Of a stretch of 64,000 bases of DNA, positions 41,599-50,708 are shown piece after piece. The notes under the pieces were generated by a model. The model worked only from the letters and a program-made list of their open reading frames with translations, was not told the DNA's origin and ran no database searches. The stretch's first letter is position 1. Each line of letters opens with the position of its first letter. Source of the stretch: Candidatus Hermodarchaeota archaeon (lineage in GTDB: Archaea; Asgardarchaeota; Hermodarchaeia; Hermodarchaeales; Hermodarchaeaceae); contig JAEOTO010000011.1 of assembly GCA_016839805.1 (NCBI GenBank), positions 1 through 64,000 on the forward strand. Reading direction: 5' to 3'. Both the position numbers and the translations under genes were made by a program.

Positions 41599-44588
41599 TC
41601 GAGTGGGCGTCTAGTAGACGTAGTAATTAATGTTGCGTCCTCGGTAATTTGATCCTGAAGTGAAATGTCACTAGGGGTCGGTGGTGACGGAGCTACCTGG
41701 ATGGGGAGCGTAATGGATACGTTCAAGCCATCGTAAGTAGGCATCAAACTCATATAATGAAATAGAACCATTATATCATCCCCTGCCACAAGATCGAGGT
41801 CCAAAGCCGTCGCATTAATCGTAACACCTAACGTTTCACCAGCAAAGAGAACTCTTCCACCCGTCAAAATTGCATCACTAAGGAAGAAAGTTTTGTCATC
41901 AACCAGACCTTGTTTGTCAACAATAAGATACCCTGCACCCATATTTTCTAGTTCGACATAGATCGTCCCATTGTCGTACGCATAAGACTTCGTTGCAAGT
42001 GCCGTTAAGTTATAAGCAGGAGGATTACGGACTGGAACCGTTACAGATGCTTTGAGATCAGGGGTATATCCGACCAAATTCACGGTGACGTTGATATCAG
42101 TATCCACGGTGAAATAATAATTGGCTCCTGCACTGAGGATGATGTTTTCACCAGGTTCGATACGCAGTGATCCGGTGTTCGTGGATAAGAAGAGCGAAGG
42201 AATGGCACCACTGCGATATTCACCGATACTCCAATCCCAATAATCAATACCTACTGAATCCACTTCAACCGTATAACTTCCTGTATTTCGAACCTCAAGG
42301 GTAATTGATGAAAAATGTTCGATAAGGTTGGTGTCATTGTAATGAGGATAGACGCTTGCTCCACCAATTTCGATGCCGCTGTCTAGCCAGGTGTAATTAC
42401 ATTTGTAGATCTTCATCATCTGAATCTGACTGAAATAGACAGGCTCAAAAATACTAAAGATCGTGATTCCTGGATCGGTTGCCTGACTGGGGAGGGGACC
42501 GGGCTGACCGGTTGCTTCATCGACTGGACGGCTTTCCGCGACACCCTGAATTTCGGAGGAGTTTAGCCACAGCATGTTATAGATCATCGATCGGAAATAT
42601 GGAGCCTTATACTGTCCTGTGGTATCATTCCAGAAGTAATCTTCGCTGGGAACTTGATCACCGAACACCTCGCCAGCAATTCGGATCATCCACTGCCATT
42701 TGCCTTCGTCCCCGCTAAGACCTGGCTGCCCTAATCCGAAATGGACAAAGACATAATCTACGTTCCATCGTCGACAGATGCGAAGTGCTTCCACTGGGTC
42801 TGTTTCCATGAACATGCGACCGACCCAGGCTATTTGCGTTTTATTTATCGTCGCATTATCCACCACGGTATGTCTGTCTCCGACTTGTCTAGTCCAATAA
42901 CCATAGTCCCACCACGAGACCATCGTCGAGCCAGGCGGAGTGTGATGTCGCATCCAAGAGAAGGCTTCAAGATAATCCTGAGCTGGACCCCACTGAATAT
43001 CACCGGTTCGAGCATCACGAGCGGCTGGTATTAATTCGGGACTTCCCATTTGGTTGGTCATGTCAATAGAGGTGATAGTGGCCGATAATAGAAGAATAAT
43101 TACAAAAAGATAGGCAACCGTGGCAAAGCTTCGAGACGTGGGCGGGGTGATACGACGCCGCCGCCTAGTCATAATGGGACGTTGCCAGAAAATAGGACGG
43201 AAGGGACGGATTGCCATTAATAAACCATAGGCACCTAAAATGGCGGCTGCAGGTGCTAATATTAGGGCTAGTCGGATCATGGATCCACTGAAGTAGAGTG
43301 CTGTGAGGGCAAAGATGATTAACAGTATATCTACTTCTCGTTCTCGGCGGAAGGCAATATAGAACCCAAAGGGCAGGAGAAGAACCAAGATACTCAGATT
43401 AAACCAAAACGTAGCCCAGGGGGCTGGTAGGTGTTCACCAACCGACGCAAGCAGAAATGCGTTCTGACGAATTAGCGGGTCGATGACAGTATAAAATTTT
43501 CCTGCAATATCCCCAAGGAAACCTGTTCCCTGTTGTGCTGTTGCCACAGAGAGAAATAATCCAGACTGGAATAAGTAACCAAGACCTACTACAATAAATG
43601 CACACATCGCTCCGAAAATATAGGTAAAATAGGGTTGTAGACGAGTTGAGAGAGTTCCAAAACTACTGGGAAAGCGTAAATCAGTGAGCCGATAAGATCG
43701 GCTTAATTCTACTAATAATAGGATGCCAAATACTCCGAGTGGGATTAATCCTGTCGTAGCTGTTGGCCAATCAGGTCCAATTCGTGGCACGCAGACTGCA
43801 ATTGCCATACCAGTGATAACAACGCCCGAATACGTAATCAGTAATCGGCGCGAATAGCGTCTGATTAGGACCATTACCAGCCCGAAGATGGCAAGAATTT
43901 GAAACATATACAGGTAAACACTCCAACTCGCTGAAAGATAGCCGAGTGAGAGTCCACCGAGGATTGCTGAGGCAATCGATCCTTTCCGTAAAGCCCTAGC
44001 GAAGAAGAATAAGACGAGAAGAATGGCGACAATGCCTATTGCTTCATTATCAAAAAAGCCAGCGATTGTGCGTTGGGTATATGCGGGGATAATTGCCATA
44101 AAGAAGGCTGCTAAAAGTCCCACCTCTTTCGAGCTTACCTCTACACCTAAGGCATAAATTGCTAGAACGCCCATGACTCCCATAAATGCGGGGAAGAGCA
44201 CTGCAACAGTCATTAAATCTACAGGAACACCTACTGCTTGAAACGCCAGGAAAATCAAGGCTGTGGTAAAGGGAATGCCCGGATAAGCTGATTGTGGGAT
44301 ATTGCGTCCGAAGGGTACCCAGGTGGTTGTGTCATACCAACCAAACCAGGCTGCGAATCCATTTTCTATAATGTATTGGGTTTCGCGAAGATTGAACCAG
44401 GGATCGAAGGCTCGGACAAGGAGTTGAAAACCAATTGTAGGTAAAAGACGAATCATCAAGGCAATAATGCAGATAACGAGGAGACCGACCACCCCTAATA
44501 CGTTGGCCCTTGAGATTTCCATGCGTGGACTATGTATGTATCTTCGAAGGAAGGAATAGAAAGACCGCAGGGAATCTCGGATTGTCAT
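41520..44588 (-). CDS. aglB: Oligosaccharyltransferase AglB/STT3 with long C-terminal extension
   Basis: FDPWF, FDNE, SVGEH, WWDYG, DNAT, DEGKWQWM; many TMs. Confidence 0.93.
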   Translation of the reverse strand: MTIRDSLRSFYSFLRRYIHSPRMEISRANVLGVVGLLVICIIALMIRLLPTIGFQLLVRAFDPWFNLRETQYIIENGFAAWFGWYDTTTWVPFGRNIPQSAYPGIPFTTALIFLAFQAVGVPVDLMTVAVLFPAFMGVMGVLAIYALGVEVSSKEVGLLAAFFMAIIPAYTQRTIAGFFDNEAIGIVAILLVLFFFARALRKGSIASAILGGLSLGYLSASWSVYLYMFQILAIFGLVMVLIRRYSRRLLITYSGVVITGMAIAVCVPRIGPDWPTATTGLIPLGVFGILLLVELSRSYRLTDLRFPSSFGTLSTRLQPYFTYIFGAMCAFIVVGLGYLFQSGLFLSVATAQQGTGFLGDIAGKFYTVIDPLIRQNAFLLASVGEHLPAPWATFWFNLSILVLLLPFGFYIAFRREREVDILLIIFALTALYFSGSMIRLALILAPAAAILGAYGLLMAIRPFRPIFWQRPIMTRRRRRITPPTSRSFATVAYLFVIILLLSATITSIDMTNQMGSPELIPAARDARTGDIQWGPAQDYLEAFSWMRHHTPPGSTMVSWWDYGYWTRQVGDRHTVVDNATINKTQIAWVGRMFMETDPVEALRICRRWNVDYVFVHFGLGQPGLSGDEGKWQWMIRIAGEVFGDQVPSEDYFWNDTTGQYKAPYFRSMIYNMLWLNSSEIQGVAESRPVDEATGQPGPLPSQATDPGITIFSIFEPVYFSQIQMMKIYKCNYTWLDSGIEIGGASVYPHYNDTNLIEHFSSITLEVRNTGSYTVEVDSVGIDYWDWSIGEYRSGAIPSLFLSTNTGSLRIEPGENIILSAGANYYFTVDTDINVTVNLVGYTPDLKASVTVPVRNPPAYNLTALATKSYAYDNGTIYVELENMGAGYLIVDKQGLVDDKTFFLSDAILTGGRVLFAGETLGVTINATALDLDLVAGDDIMVLFHYMSLMPTYDGLNVSITLPIQVAPSPPTPSDISLQDQITEDATLITTSTRRPLDYGPPLLFLVVFFESSSFFIARRYEP

Positions 44589-44675
44589 TCGGTCACCTGG
44601 AAGCAGATAAGGTGGTGCCTTGATAACTGCGTGTGCTTAAAAAATTTCTCGTACCAACCACATCAGGGATTGTAC

Positions 44676-45068
44676 CTATTTTTCCAATCCTTCAATGAAT
44701 TTCTCGTAGTCCGCAGCACTCAAAAGACCTTTCAGCTCATCTGGAGCAGAAGATTTGATAGCGACCATCCACCCTTCGCCGTAGGGGTCGTTATTTACAA
44801 GCTCAGGTGCTTCTTCAAGCTTCTCGTTCGCTTCGACTACCTCGCCTGAAATCGGCGAAAAGAGTTCAGAGGTGGCTTTAACGGAGTCAACCGTTCCAAA
44901 GACATCACCAACTTTGACTCTAGTACCTACAGAGGGAAGTTCAACCATCACGATTTCATGTAATTCTTCCTGGGCGTAATCAGTGATACCCACCCGAACT
45001 AGCCCGTCTTCTTGACGAACCCATTCGTGTTCCTTTGTGTAAAGCAATTCAGAGGGGACCTTTGTCAT
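44676..45068 (-). CDS. gcvH: Glycine cleavage system H protein
   Basis: YTKEHEW, GITDYAQ, DSVKA lipoyl-Lys, NNDPYGEGW. Confidence 0.95.
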   Translation of the reverse strand: MTKVPSELLYTKEHEWVRQEDGLVRVGITDYAQEELHEIVMVELPSVGTRVKVGDVFGTVDSVKATSELFSPISGEVVEANEKLEEAPELVNNDPYGEGWMVAIKSSAPDELKGLLSAADYEKFIEGLEK

Positions 45069-45177
45069 TTTGCTGAAACCTCAAATAATTGGTTGATTCC
45101 GTGATTCACCTCTCCCGATATATAGCTCTTTAGTTGTCACCCTCTGAATGCTTGGAGGCAGGGACACCCCGAAGCAG

Positions 45178-45193
45178 TTTTAAACCTTTAATT
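45178..45193 (+). promoter_or_regulatory. Candidate TATA box for the tRNA-Leu precursor
   Basis: TTTTAAACCTTTAATT about 25-35 nt upstream of a hairpin leader starting near 45215. Confidence 0.45.
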
Positions 45194-45257
45194 GCCCTAC
45201 CAATTTACACCTTTGCGGGGGACCCTTCCGAAGGGGTCTTTGCCGCCTAAATAGGTG

Positions 45258-45445
45258 GCGGGGGTTTCTACCCTGTGTAGACCCTACAGCCAAGCCTGGT
45301 TAACGGCGCAGGAGTCACCGGCAATGGCCTGGTGACGGCGTTACTCAAGATCTAACCAGGTAAAGGAGACATCCTGTCCGGCAGCGGTTCGAGGGTTCGA
45401 AGGAGTCCCGTTCTGCGAGCTCCGAAATTCCCTCCCCCCGCACCA
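45258..45445 (+). tRNA. tRNA-Leu(CAA) with four introns (45266-45287, 45313-45342, 45350-45370, 45402-45428)
   Basis: Removing the four segments gives an 88-nt canonical type II tRNA GCGGGGGTAGCCAAGCCTGGTTAACGGCGCAGGACTCAAGATCCTGTCCGGCAGCGGTTCGAGGGTTCGAATCCCTCCCCCCGCACCA; each junction forms a strict or relaxed BHB. Confidence 0.88.
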
Positions 45446-45520
45446 CTTTCCATCGTTACCTTTTTGACTGAGCTTTCACTAGCTTGTATAACGGATTTCC
45501 ATCTCCACGGGGCGTTAATC

Positions 45521-46114
45521 GTGCTACACGTGGTCTATCTTATGCATCCAAGTGGGGTCTGTCTCCTCGACCAAAAATTCGGAGAACTAGAACTTGACTC
45601 CACGTTAGTTGCCGGCTTCTTTTCTGCCATCCGGGAATTCGCGCGAATGATTTCAAAGGGTAAAGGAGAGGCTCGAATTGTGGAGATGGGTGAGTTTTAC
45701 ATCACCTACGCTTCCGGGGATTTCATTGTCGTTGCGGCTGTAGTAGACAAAGAAGACAATCGATTACAAGTTCTCCAAGCACTTGACAAGGTCATTACCC
45801 GGTTTTCAGATCTTTACCAGGAGACGCTCAAAGAATGGGATGGAAAACTAGTTTTCTTTTCATTCACACCAGAACTAAATCAACTGTTAAACAATGGCTT
45901 CGTTGGTGAAGCTGACGAACCTTCACCAAAACTTAAACGCGGTCTTCCTCGCTTGATGGTGAAATTAGGGCAAATAAACCAATTCGAGTACAATGTTGCG
46001 AAACAATGTGACGGAAAACGAACGCCAAAAGAAATCGCTGAGAATGTCGGGCTTCCCTTAGATGATGTAGAAGTACTCTTGTATAAACTGAATAAACTCG
46101 ATCTAATCGAGTAG
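45521..46114 (+). CDS. Longin-like domain protein with C-terminal wHTH
   Basis: YLMHPSGVCLL...DSTLVAGFFSAIREF longin-like pattern; CDGKRTPKEIA...L.KL wHTH. Confidence 0.7.
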   Translation: MLHVVYLMHPSGVCLLDQKFGELELDSTLVAGFFSAIREFARMISKGKGEARIVEMGEFYITYASGDFIVVAAVVDKEDNRLQVLQALDKVITRFSDLYQETLKEWDGKLVFFSFTPELNQLLNNGFVGEADEPSPKLKRGLPRLMVKLGQINQFEYNVAKQCDGKRTPKEIAENVGLPLDDVEVLLYKLNKLDLIE

Positions 46115-46140
46115 GTCCTGTAGTTTCCCGCTAGATACCG

Positions 46141-46830
46141 TTATTCGTGTTCCTCAAGTAAAACGCCAATTGCGATGAGAACCATTGCAAAAAGCACTAG
46201 AGCAGGAGCCAAGATGTCACCGAGATACAAGATAATAGTGTTCAGGTATGCTGCAAGACTCGATTGAATCACACGTCCACCATAGTAGATGAGGAAACCA
46301 GTGCCGAGGAGAAAATTGCTTGTTCGAAGCTGGCCCCTTAATTGTAAGCCGATGTAGAAGAAAATACTGGGAAGAACGATTACATAGAGTGGAAGAATGG
46401 CTAAATTCGAAATGATGTATCCAACAGTCAAATAGCCGGCAACGGATGGCGGCCAGAAGAAAGAAGGCAGGATTCCGATAAAGATGGCAATGATTAGTGG
46501 TGGCGAGGAAATGAGCATTACCTGCCAAAACTGCCTTTCGAGAATCTGGTAGGTCAACGCGAGAAAGAGCGTGAAAATTCCCAACCAGGAAACCACGGTG
46601 GCAAGCTGCCACCAAATCGGCAGAAGTTGGTAATAATCCCATATCAGGAAGAATCCTCGTGCGACACCAAGAAGGAGGAAAAACAGGCCAAATCCTAGGT
46701 GAAATGGATTCTTCGAATCACGATAACGAAATGCCAGGAAGTAAATAAACAGTAACAAGAAATAACCGATAATGAGGAACCAAATTCCAATTATCACGGT
46801 TTCAACTGCATCAAAAGTTCCATAAGCCAT
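46141..46830 (-). CDS. Polytopic (about 7 TM) membrane protein
   Basis: About seven hydrophobic helices; no recognisable catalytic motif. Confidence 0.7.
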   Translation of the reverse strand: MAYGTFDAVETVIIGIWFLIIGYFLLLFIYFLAFRYRDSKNPFHLGFGLFFLLLGVARGFFLIWDYYQLLPIWWQLATVVSWLGIFTLFLALTYQILERQFWQVMLISSPPLIIAIFIGILPSFFWPPSVAGYLTVGYIISNLAILPLYVIVLPSIFFYIGLQLRGQLRTSNFLLGTGFLIYYGGRVIQSSLAAYLNTIILYLGDILAPALVLFAMVLIAIGVLLEEHE

Positions 46831-46937
46831 ACAATGTCCCCGCAAAAATTTACCATATCACAGTCTCTTTGTCTTGGAATATAAGCCTGCTGTTCAAAAG
46901 TAGGGTTTTGAGAACTCGGTAAGAGGAAAATGTTTTT

Positions 46938-46957
46938 ACCTTTACAAATGTAAAGGT
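46938..46957. promoter_or_regulatory. Perfect inverted repeat, candidate operator of the hdr-kor-mvh operon
   Basis: ACCTTTACA-AA-TGTAAAGGT, 20 nt upstream of the hdrC start. Confidence 0.55.
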
Positions 46958-46977
46958 CACTGCCACACATCCTTGAG

Positions 46978-47538
46978 GTGACTTGCGTGATCGATCGCCG
47001 AATAATTAATGGGTCAAAAATCGATAGTGAGCTTGCCGATGACATGACCAAAGCTGGTATTGATCGTATTCGTTCTTGTATTCAATGTGGAACCTGTACG
47101 GGAGCGTGTCCCTCCGGTCGCCGTACTGCCATGAGAACACGACAACTGATTCGGAAAGCTCTCCTAGGTTTTCGTGAAGAAGTTCTTTCAGATCCTGATT
47201 TGTGGGTATGCACAACGTGTGGCACATGTACCGAACGCTGCCCTCGTAAAATTGATGTTACTGAAGCAATCCTGTATCTACGCAATCTTGCCTGTCAAGA
47301 GGGCTACATGCGTCCTGAGCACAGGGCAGTCTCCGTTAAATTAATCGAAACGGGTCACGCTGTTCCCATTGATGATGAAAAATGGAGTAAAATGCGTGAA
47401 GATCTCGGATTATCACCCCTTCCTCCAACTGTTCACTCCTATCCCAAAGCCGTAAAGGAGATACAGCACATCATCAAGAAAACGGGTTTTGACAAACTCA
47501 TCAATTACAAGGAGGGCAAAGAAGATGACAAAACATAG
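46978..47538 (+). CDS. hdrC: Heterodisulfide reductase subunit C
   Basis: CIQCGTCTGACPSG, WVCTTCGTCTERCPR, TGHAVP. Confidence 0.92.
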   Translation: MTCVIDRRIINGSKIDSELADDMTKAGIDRIRSCIQCGTCTGACPSGRRTAMRTRQLIRKALLGFREEVLSDPDLWVCTTCGTCTERCPRKIDVTEAILYLRNLACQEGYMRPEHRAVSVKLIETGHAVPIDDEKWSKMREDLGLSPLPPTVHSYPKAVKEIQHIIKKTGFDKLINYKEGKEDDKT

Positions 47539-48418
47539 ATACAGCTTCTTTCTTGGTTGTGTTATCCCTAATCGTCTACCACAAATTGAAGCGGCAACTC
47601 GACTAGTCGCCCCCAAATTGGACATTGAGCTTGTAGAGATGAAGGGGGCATCGTGCTGTCCTGCACCGGGAGTAATTAAATCCTTTGACAAGGACACTTG
47701 GCTAGCAATAGTGGCCCGAAATATCGCCCTTGCTGAGGAGAACGGCTTAGATATTCTAGTACTCTGTAATGGGTGCTATGGCACACTCATAGCCGGTGTA
47801 CACGATCTCAAAGATCCTGAAACTCGAGCACGTGTGAACAAAATCTTGAAGGGAACTGGTCATCAGATTAAGGGAACTGTTACAACGAAGCATCTTGCAG
47901 AAGTTCTCTATATGGATATTGGCATGGAAGCCATAGAAGAAACAATCATTCGGCCAATTGAGGCCCGCTGTGCCATTCATGTTGGCTGTCATCTTCTCAA
48001 ACCAAGTGATATCCGTCCCTGGGGCGTTGTAGAAGACTTCACAGTTGTTGATGAACTCGTTGAGTTATTAGGGGCGACGAGTGTCGATTACAAGCTTAAG
48101 GATATGTGTTGTGGTGCAGGGGGTGGGTTACGCTCAGCCGTTCTCGATGTTTCCTTAGACATGGCCCGCGAGAAATTCGAAGCAATGACCCAAGCAAAAG
48201 TCGATTGCTTGGTGAATGTCTGCAACTTCTGTCATCTACAATTTGATGTTGGGCAAGTACAGGTTAACAAAGAATTTGGTACCGATTATCAAATCCCAGT
48301 TCTCTACTATACTCAACTATTAGGTCTCGCACAAGGGTTCACTCCAAAGGAGATGGGGCTTGACAGGCACTACATTTCAGTTGAGCCTTTCTTGGAAAAA
48401 ATTGGGATGAGCGTGTGA
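47525..48418 (+). CDS. hdrB: Heterodisulfide reductase subunit B
   Basis: FLGC, SCCPAPG, CNGC, H.GCH, CCGAGGG, C.FCHLQFD. Confidence 0.93.
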   Translation: MTKHRYSFFLGCVIPNRLPQIEAATRLVAPKLDIELVEMKGASCCPAPGVIKSFDKDTWLAIVARNIALAEENGLDILVLCNGCYGTLIAGVHDLKDPETRARVNKILKGTGHQIKGTVTTKHLAEVLYMDIGMEAIEETIIRPIEARCAIHVGCHLLKPSDIRPWGVVEDFTVVDELVELLGATSVDYKLKDMCCGAGGGLRSAVLDVSLDMAREKFEAMTQAKVDCLVNVCNFCHLQFDVGQVQVNKEFGTDYQIPVLYYTQLLGLAQGFTPKEMGLDRHYISVEPFLEKIGMSV

Positions 48419-48705
48419 TGTTGACAAGGCAAGAACGTGCACCAATCGTACCAGAGGAGGAATCCAATACCAAGTGGCGAATAGTGGTTAATGAGGATTG
48501 GTGCAAAGGCTGTGGATTCTGTTACACATTCTGCCCTCGAGAGGTCTTAGAAAAATCTGATAAATTCAACACTAAAGGTTACTATCCTCCTGTTGCAACT
48601 AATATTGATCGATGTGTAGGCTGCGGCCTCTGTGAAGCATTATGTCCCGATTTTGCTATCCATGTTGAAGAGAATGAAGAGCATTCAAAAAGAGGTGGGA
48701 AATGA
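48418..48705 (+). CDS. korD: 2[4Fe-4S] ferredoxin, 2-oxoacid oxidoreductase delta subunit
   Basis: CKGCGFC...CP; CVGCGLCEALCPDFAI. Confidence 0.85.
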   Translation: MLTRQERAPIVPEEESNTKWRIVVNEDWCKGCGFCYTFCPREVLEKSDKFNTKGYYPPVATNIDRCVGCGLCEALCPDFAIHVEENEEHSKRGGK

Positions 48706-49853
48706 TGCAGAAAGCAGTTCTAACAGGGGAAATGTTCACTCAAGGTGACATTGCTGCAGCTGAAGGTGCTTTGGCTGCTGGTTGTCGATTCTTTGCAGGT
48801 TATCCCATCACACCCGCCACCGAGATTGCAGAACGCATGGCTTATCGCCTGCCCCGAATCGGTGGGCGTTACATCCAAATGGAGGATGAAATCGCTTCCT
48901 GCACCGCTGTACTGGGCGCTTCATACTCTGGTGTAAAAGCAATGACTGCTACCTCGGGACCCGGTGTCAGTTTGATGAATGAAACCATCGGGCTTGCTGC
49001 TATGACAGAAACTCCTATGGTACTTGTAAACGTCATGCGTGGAGGTCCCTCCACCGGACAACCCACTGAAGCCAGTCAAAGCGATATAATGCAGGCTAAA
49101 TGGGGAAGCCACGGAGATTACGAAATCATCGCCTTAATTCCCTCTTCAGTCCAGGAAATGTTTGATCTCACCATTAAAGCTTTCAACTTATCAGAACAGT
49201 TCCGGGTTCCTGCCTTCGTCCTAGCAGATGAAATCATTGGACACATGCGCGAAAGGCTAGTAATCCCACATGAAGACGAAATAGAAATCGTAAATCGTAA
49301 GAAACCAACTGTTCCTCCAGAAGAATATCTCCCTTTCAAAGCAGAGGAGGATCTCGTTCCACCCATGGCAACCTTCGGCGACGGTTACCACTTCTATGCC
49401 ACAGGACTAACACACGACGAACGCGGGTATCCCGTGATGGACGATGAAACCCAACTAGCTCTCATTCCACGCCTGTGTGATAAAATCCGAAAAAATTCTG
49501 CTAAAATCACTGAAGCCAAAACCCTCGAAACTGAGGATGCAGAAATCTTACTCGTCGCTTATGGTGGTGAATCTCGAACAGCGATGCGAGCAGTGAAAGA
49601 TGCCCGCAACAAGGGGATGAAAATCGGGTTATTCCGTCCCGTAAGTGTTTGGCCATTCCCTAAGGAGCAACTGAAAGAAGCCGCGGCAAACGCTCAACAT
49701 GTTATTGTGGCGGAACTGAATTATGGACAATTAGTTGGCGAAGTGGAACGTGTCATTCGAAACGAGGTACCTGTGCACCTTATTCCGCGGGTTTGTGGTA
49801 GTCCCCACACCCCCGATGACCTTATGAAAGAAATCAGGAGGCGAATTAAATGA
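48705..49853 (+). CDS. korA: 2-oxoacid:ferredoxin oxidoreductase alpha subunit
   Basis: AGYPITPATE, QMEDEIA, ATSGPG, RGGPSTG. Confidence 0.9.
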   Translation: MQKAVLTGEMFTQGDIAAAEGALAAGCRFFAGYPITPATEIAERMAYRLPRIGGRYIQMEDEIASCTAVLGASYSGVKAMTATSGPGVSLMNETIGLAAMTETPMVLVNVMRGGPSTGQPTEASQSDIMQAKWGSHGDYEIIALIPSSVQEMFDLTIKAFNLSEQFRVPAFVLADEIIGHMRERLVIPHEDEIEIVNRKKPTVPPEEYLPFKAEEDLVPPMATFGDGYHFYATGLTHDERGYPVMDDETQLALIPRLCDKIRKNSAKITEAKTLETEDAEILLVAYGGESRTAMRAVKDARNKGMKIGLFRPVSVWPFPKEQLKEAAANAQHVIVAELNYGQLVGEVERVIRNEVPVHLIPRVCGSPHTPDDLMKEIRRRIK

Positions 49854-50698
49854 CTGTAACAACGCGCTCTTCATCCGATTATAGGCATCCTATCCTCGAA
49901 TATATTCGTCAGGATCGTCTACCCCATATCTTCTGCAGTGCTTGTGGCATCGGTACAGTTCTCCAAGCCTTTGCCAATGCCCTTCGCAGCCTTAACTTTG
50001 ACATGGATCGTTTAGTTGTCATTAGTGGAATTGGATGCACTGGACGAGCCAGCGGATATTTCGAATCCGATAGCTACCATACCACGCATGGACGGGCTAT
50101 AGCCTTCGCAACAGGGGTCAAAGTCGCCAATCCAAACTTGAAACCCGTTGTCATAAGCGGCGATGGAGACCTGTTTGCCATTGGTGGAAACCACTTCATC
50201 CATGCAGCCCGGCGAAACGTCGACATGCTTGTCCTTTGTGTTAATAACTTCAATTACGGGATGACGGGCGGTCAAATGGGTCCAACAACACCAGACAGTG
50301 CCATCACAGTTACCTCTCCTGATGGCAACATTGAACATCCCTTCAACCTAGTCAGTGTAGCCGCAGCTTCGGGCGCCGTATTTGTTGCCCGATGGACCGC
50401 ACTTCATGCTCGCCGCCTCACAAAATCCCTTGAAAAAGCCCTCCAAAAGAAGGGCTTTAAATTCATCGAAGTCGTTTCCCCCTGCCCCACACTTTATGAT
50501 CGCTATAACCGACACGGATCTGGGCTTGATGTCATGAAACGATATCGAGAAATCTCCGTTATCCGCAACTTCACGGATCCAATGAAAGCGGAAATCGACT
50601 ATCGAACACGTATCGTCTGTGGTGAATTTGTCGATACAGAAAAACCCGAATTCACCGACTTACTCGCCTCACAGGCAGCAGAGCTCCAGAAAAGGTGA
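49850..50698 (+). CDS. korB: 2-oxoacid:ferredoxin oxidoreductase beta subunit
   Basis: FC.ACG, SGIGC, HGRA, GDGD..AIGGNH, YGMTGGQ. Confidence 0.9.
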   Translation: MTVTTRSSSDYRHPILEYIRQDRLPHIFCSACGIGTVLQAFANALRSLNFDMDRLVVISGIGCTGRASGYFESDSYHTTHGRAIAFATGVKVANPNLKPVVISGDGDLFAIGGNHFIHAARRNVDMLVLCVNNFNYGMTGGQMGPTTPDSAITVTSPDGNIEHPFNLVSVAAASGAVFVARWTALHARRLTKSLEKALQKKGFKFIEVVSPCPTLYDRYNRHGSGLDVMKRYREISVIRNFTDPMKAEIDYRTRIVCGEFVDTEKPEFTDLLASQAAELQKR

Positions 50699-50708
50699 TT
50701 TCAAGAAA

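Noticed and set aside
45215-45257. Fifth tRNA intron, or a tRNA-Sec/Pyl starting at the upstream GCGGGGG
   Set aside because: No 43-nt-offset register I tested gives a convincing 4-bp BHB helix, and no valid 7-nt anticodon loop forms; treated as leader hairpin
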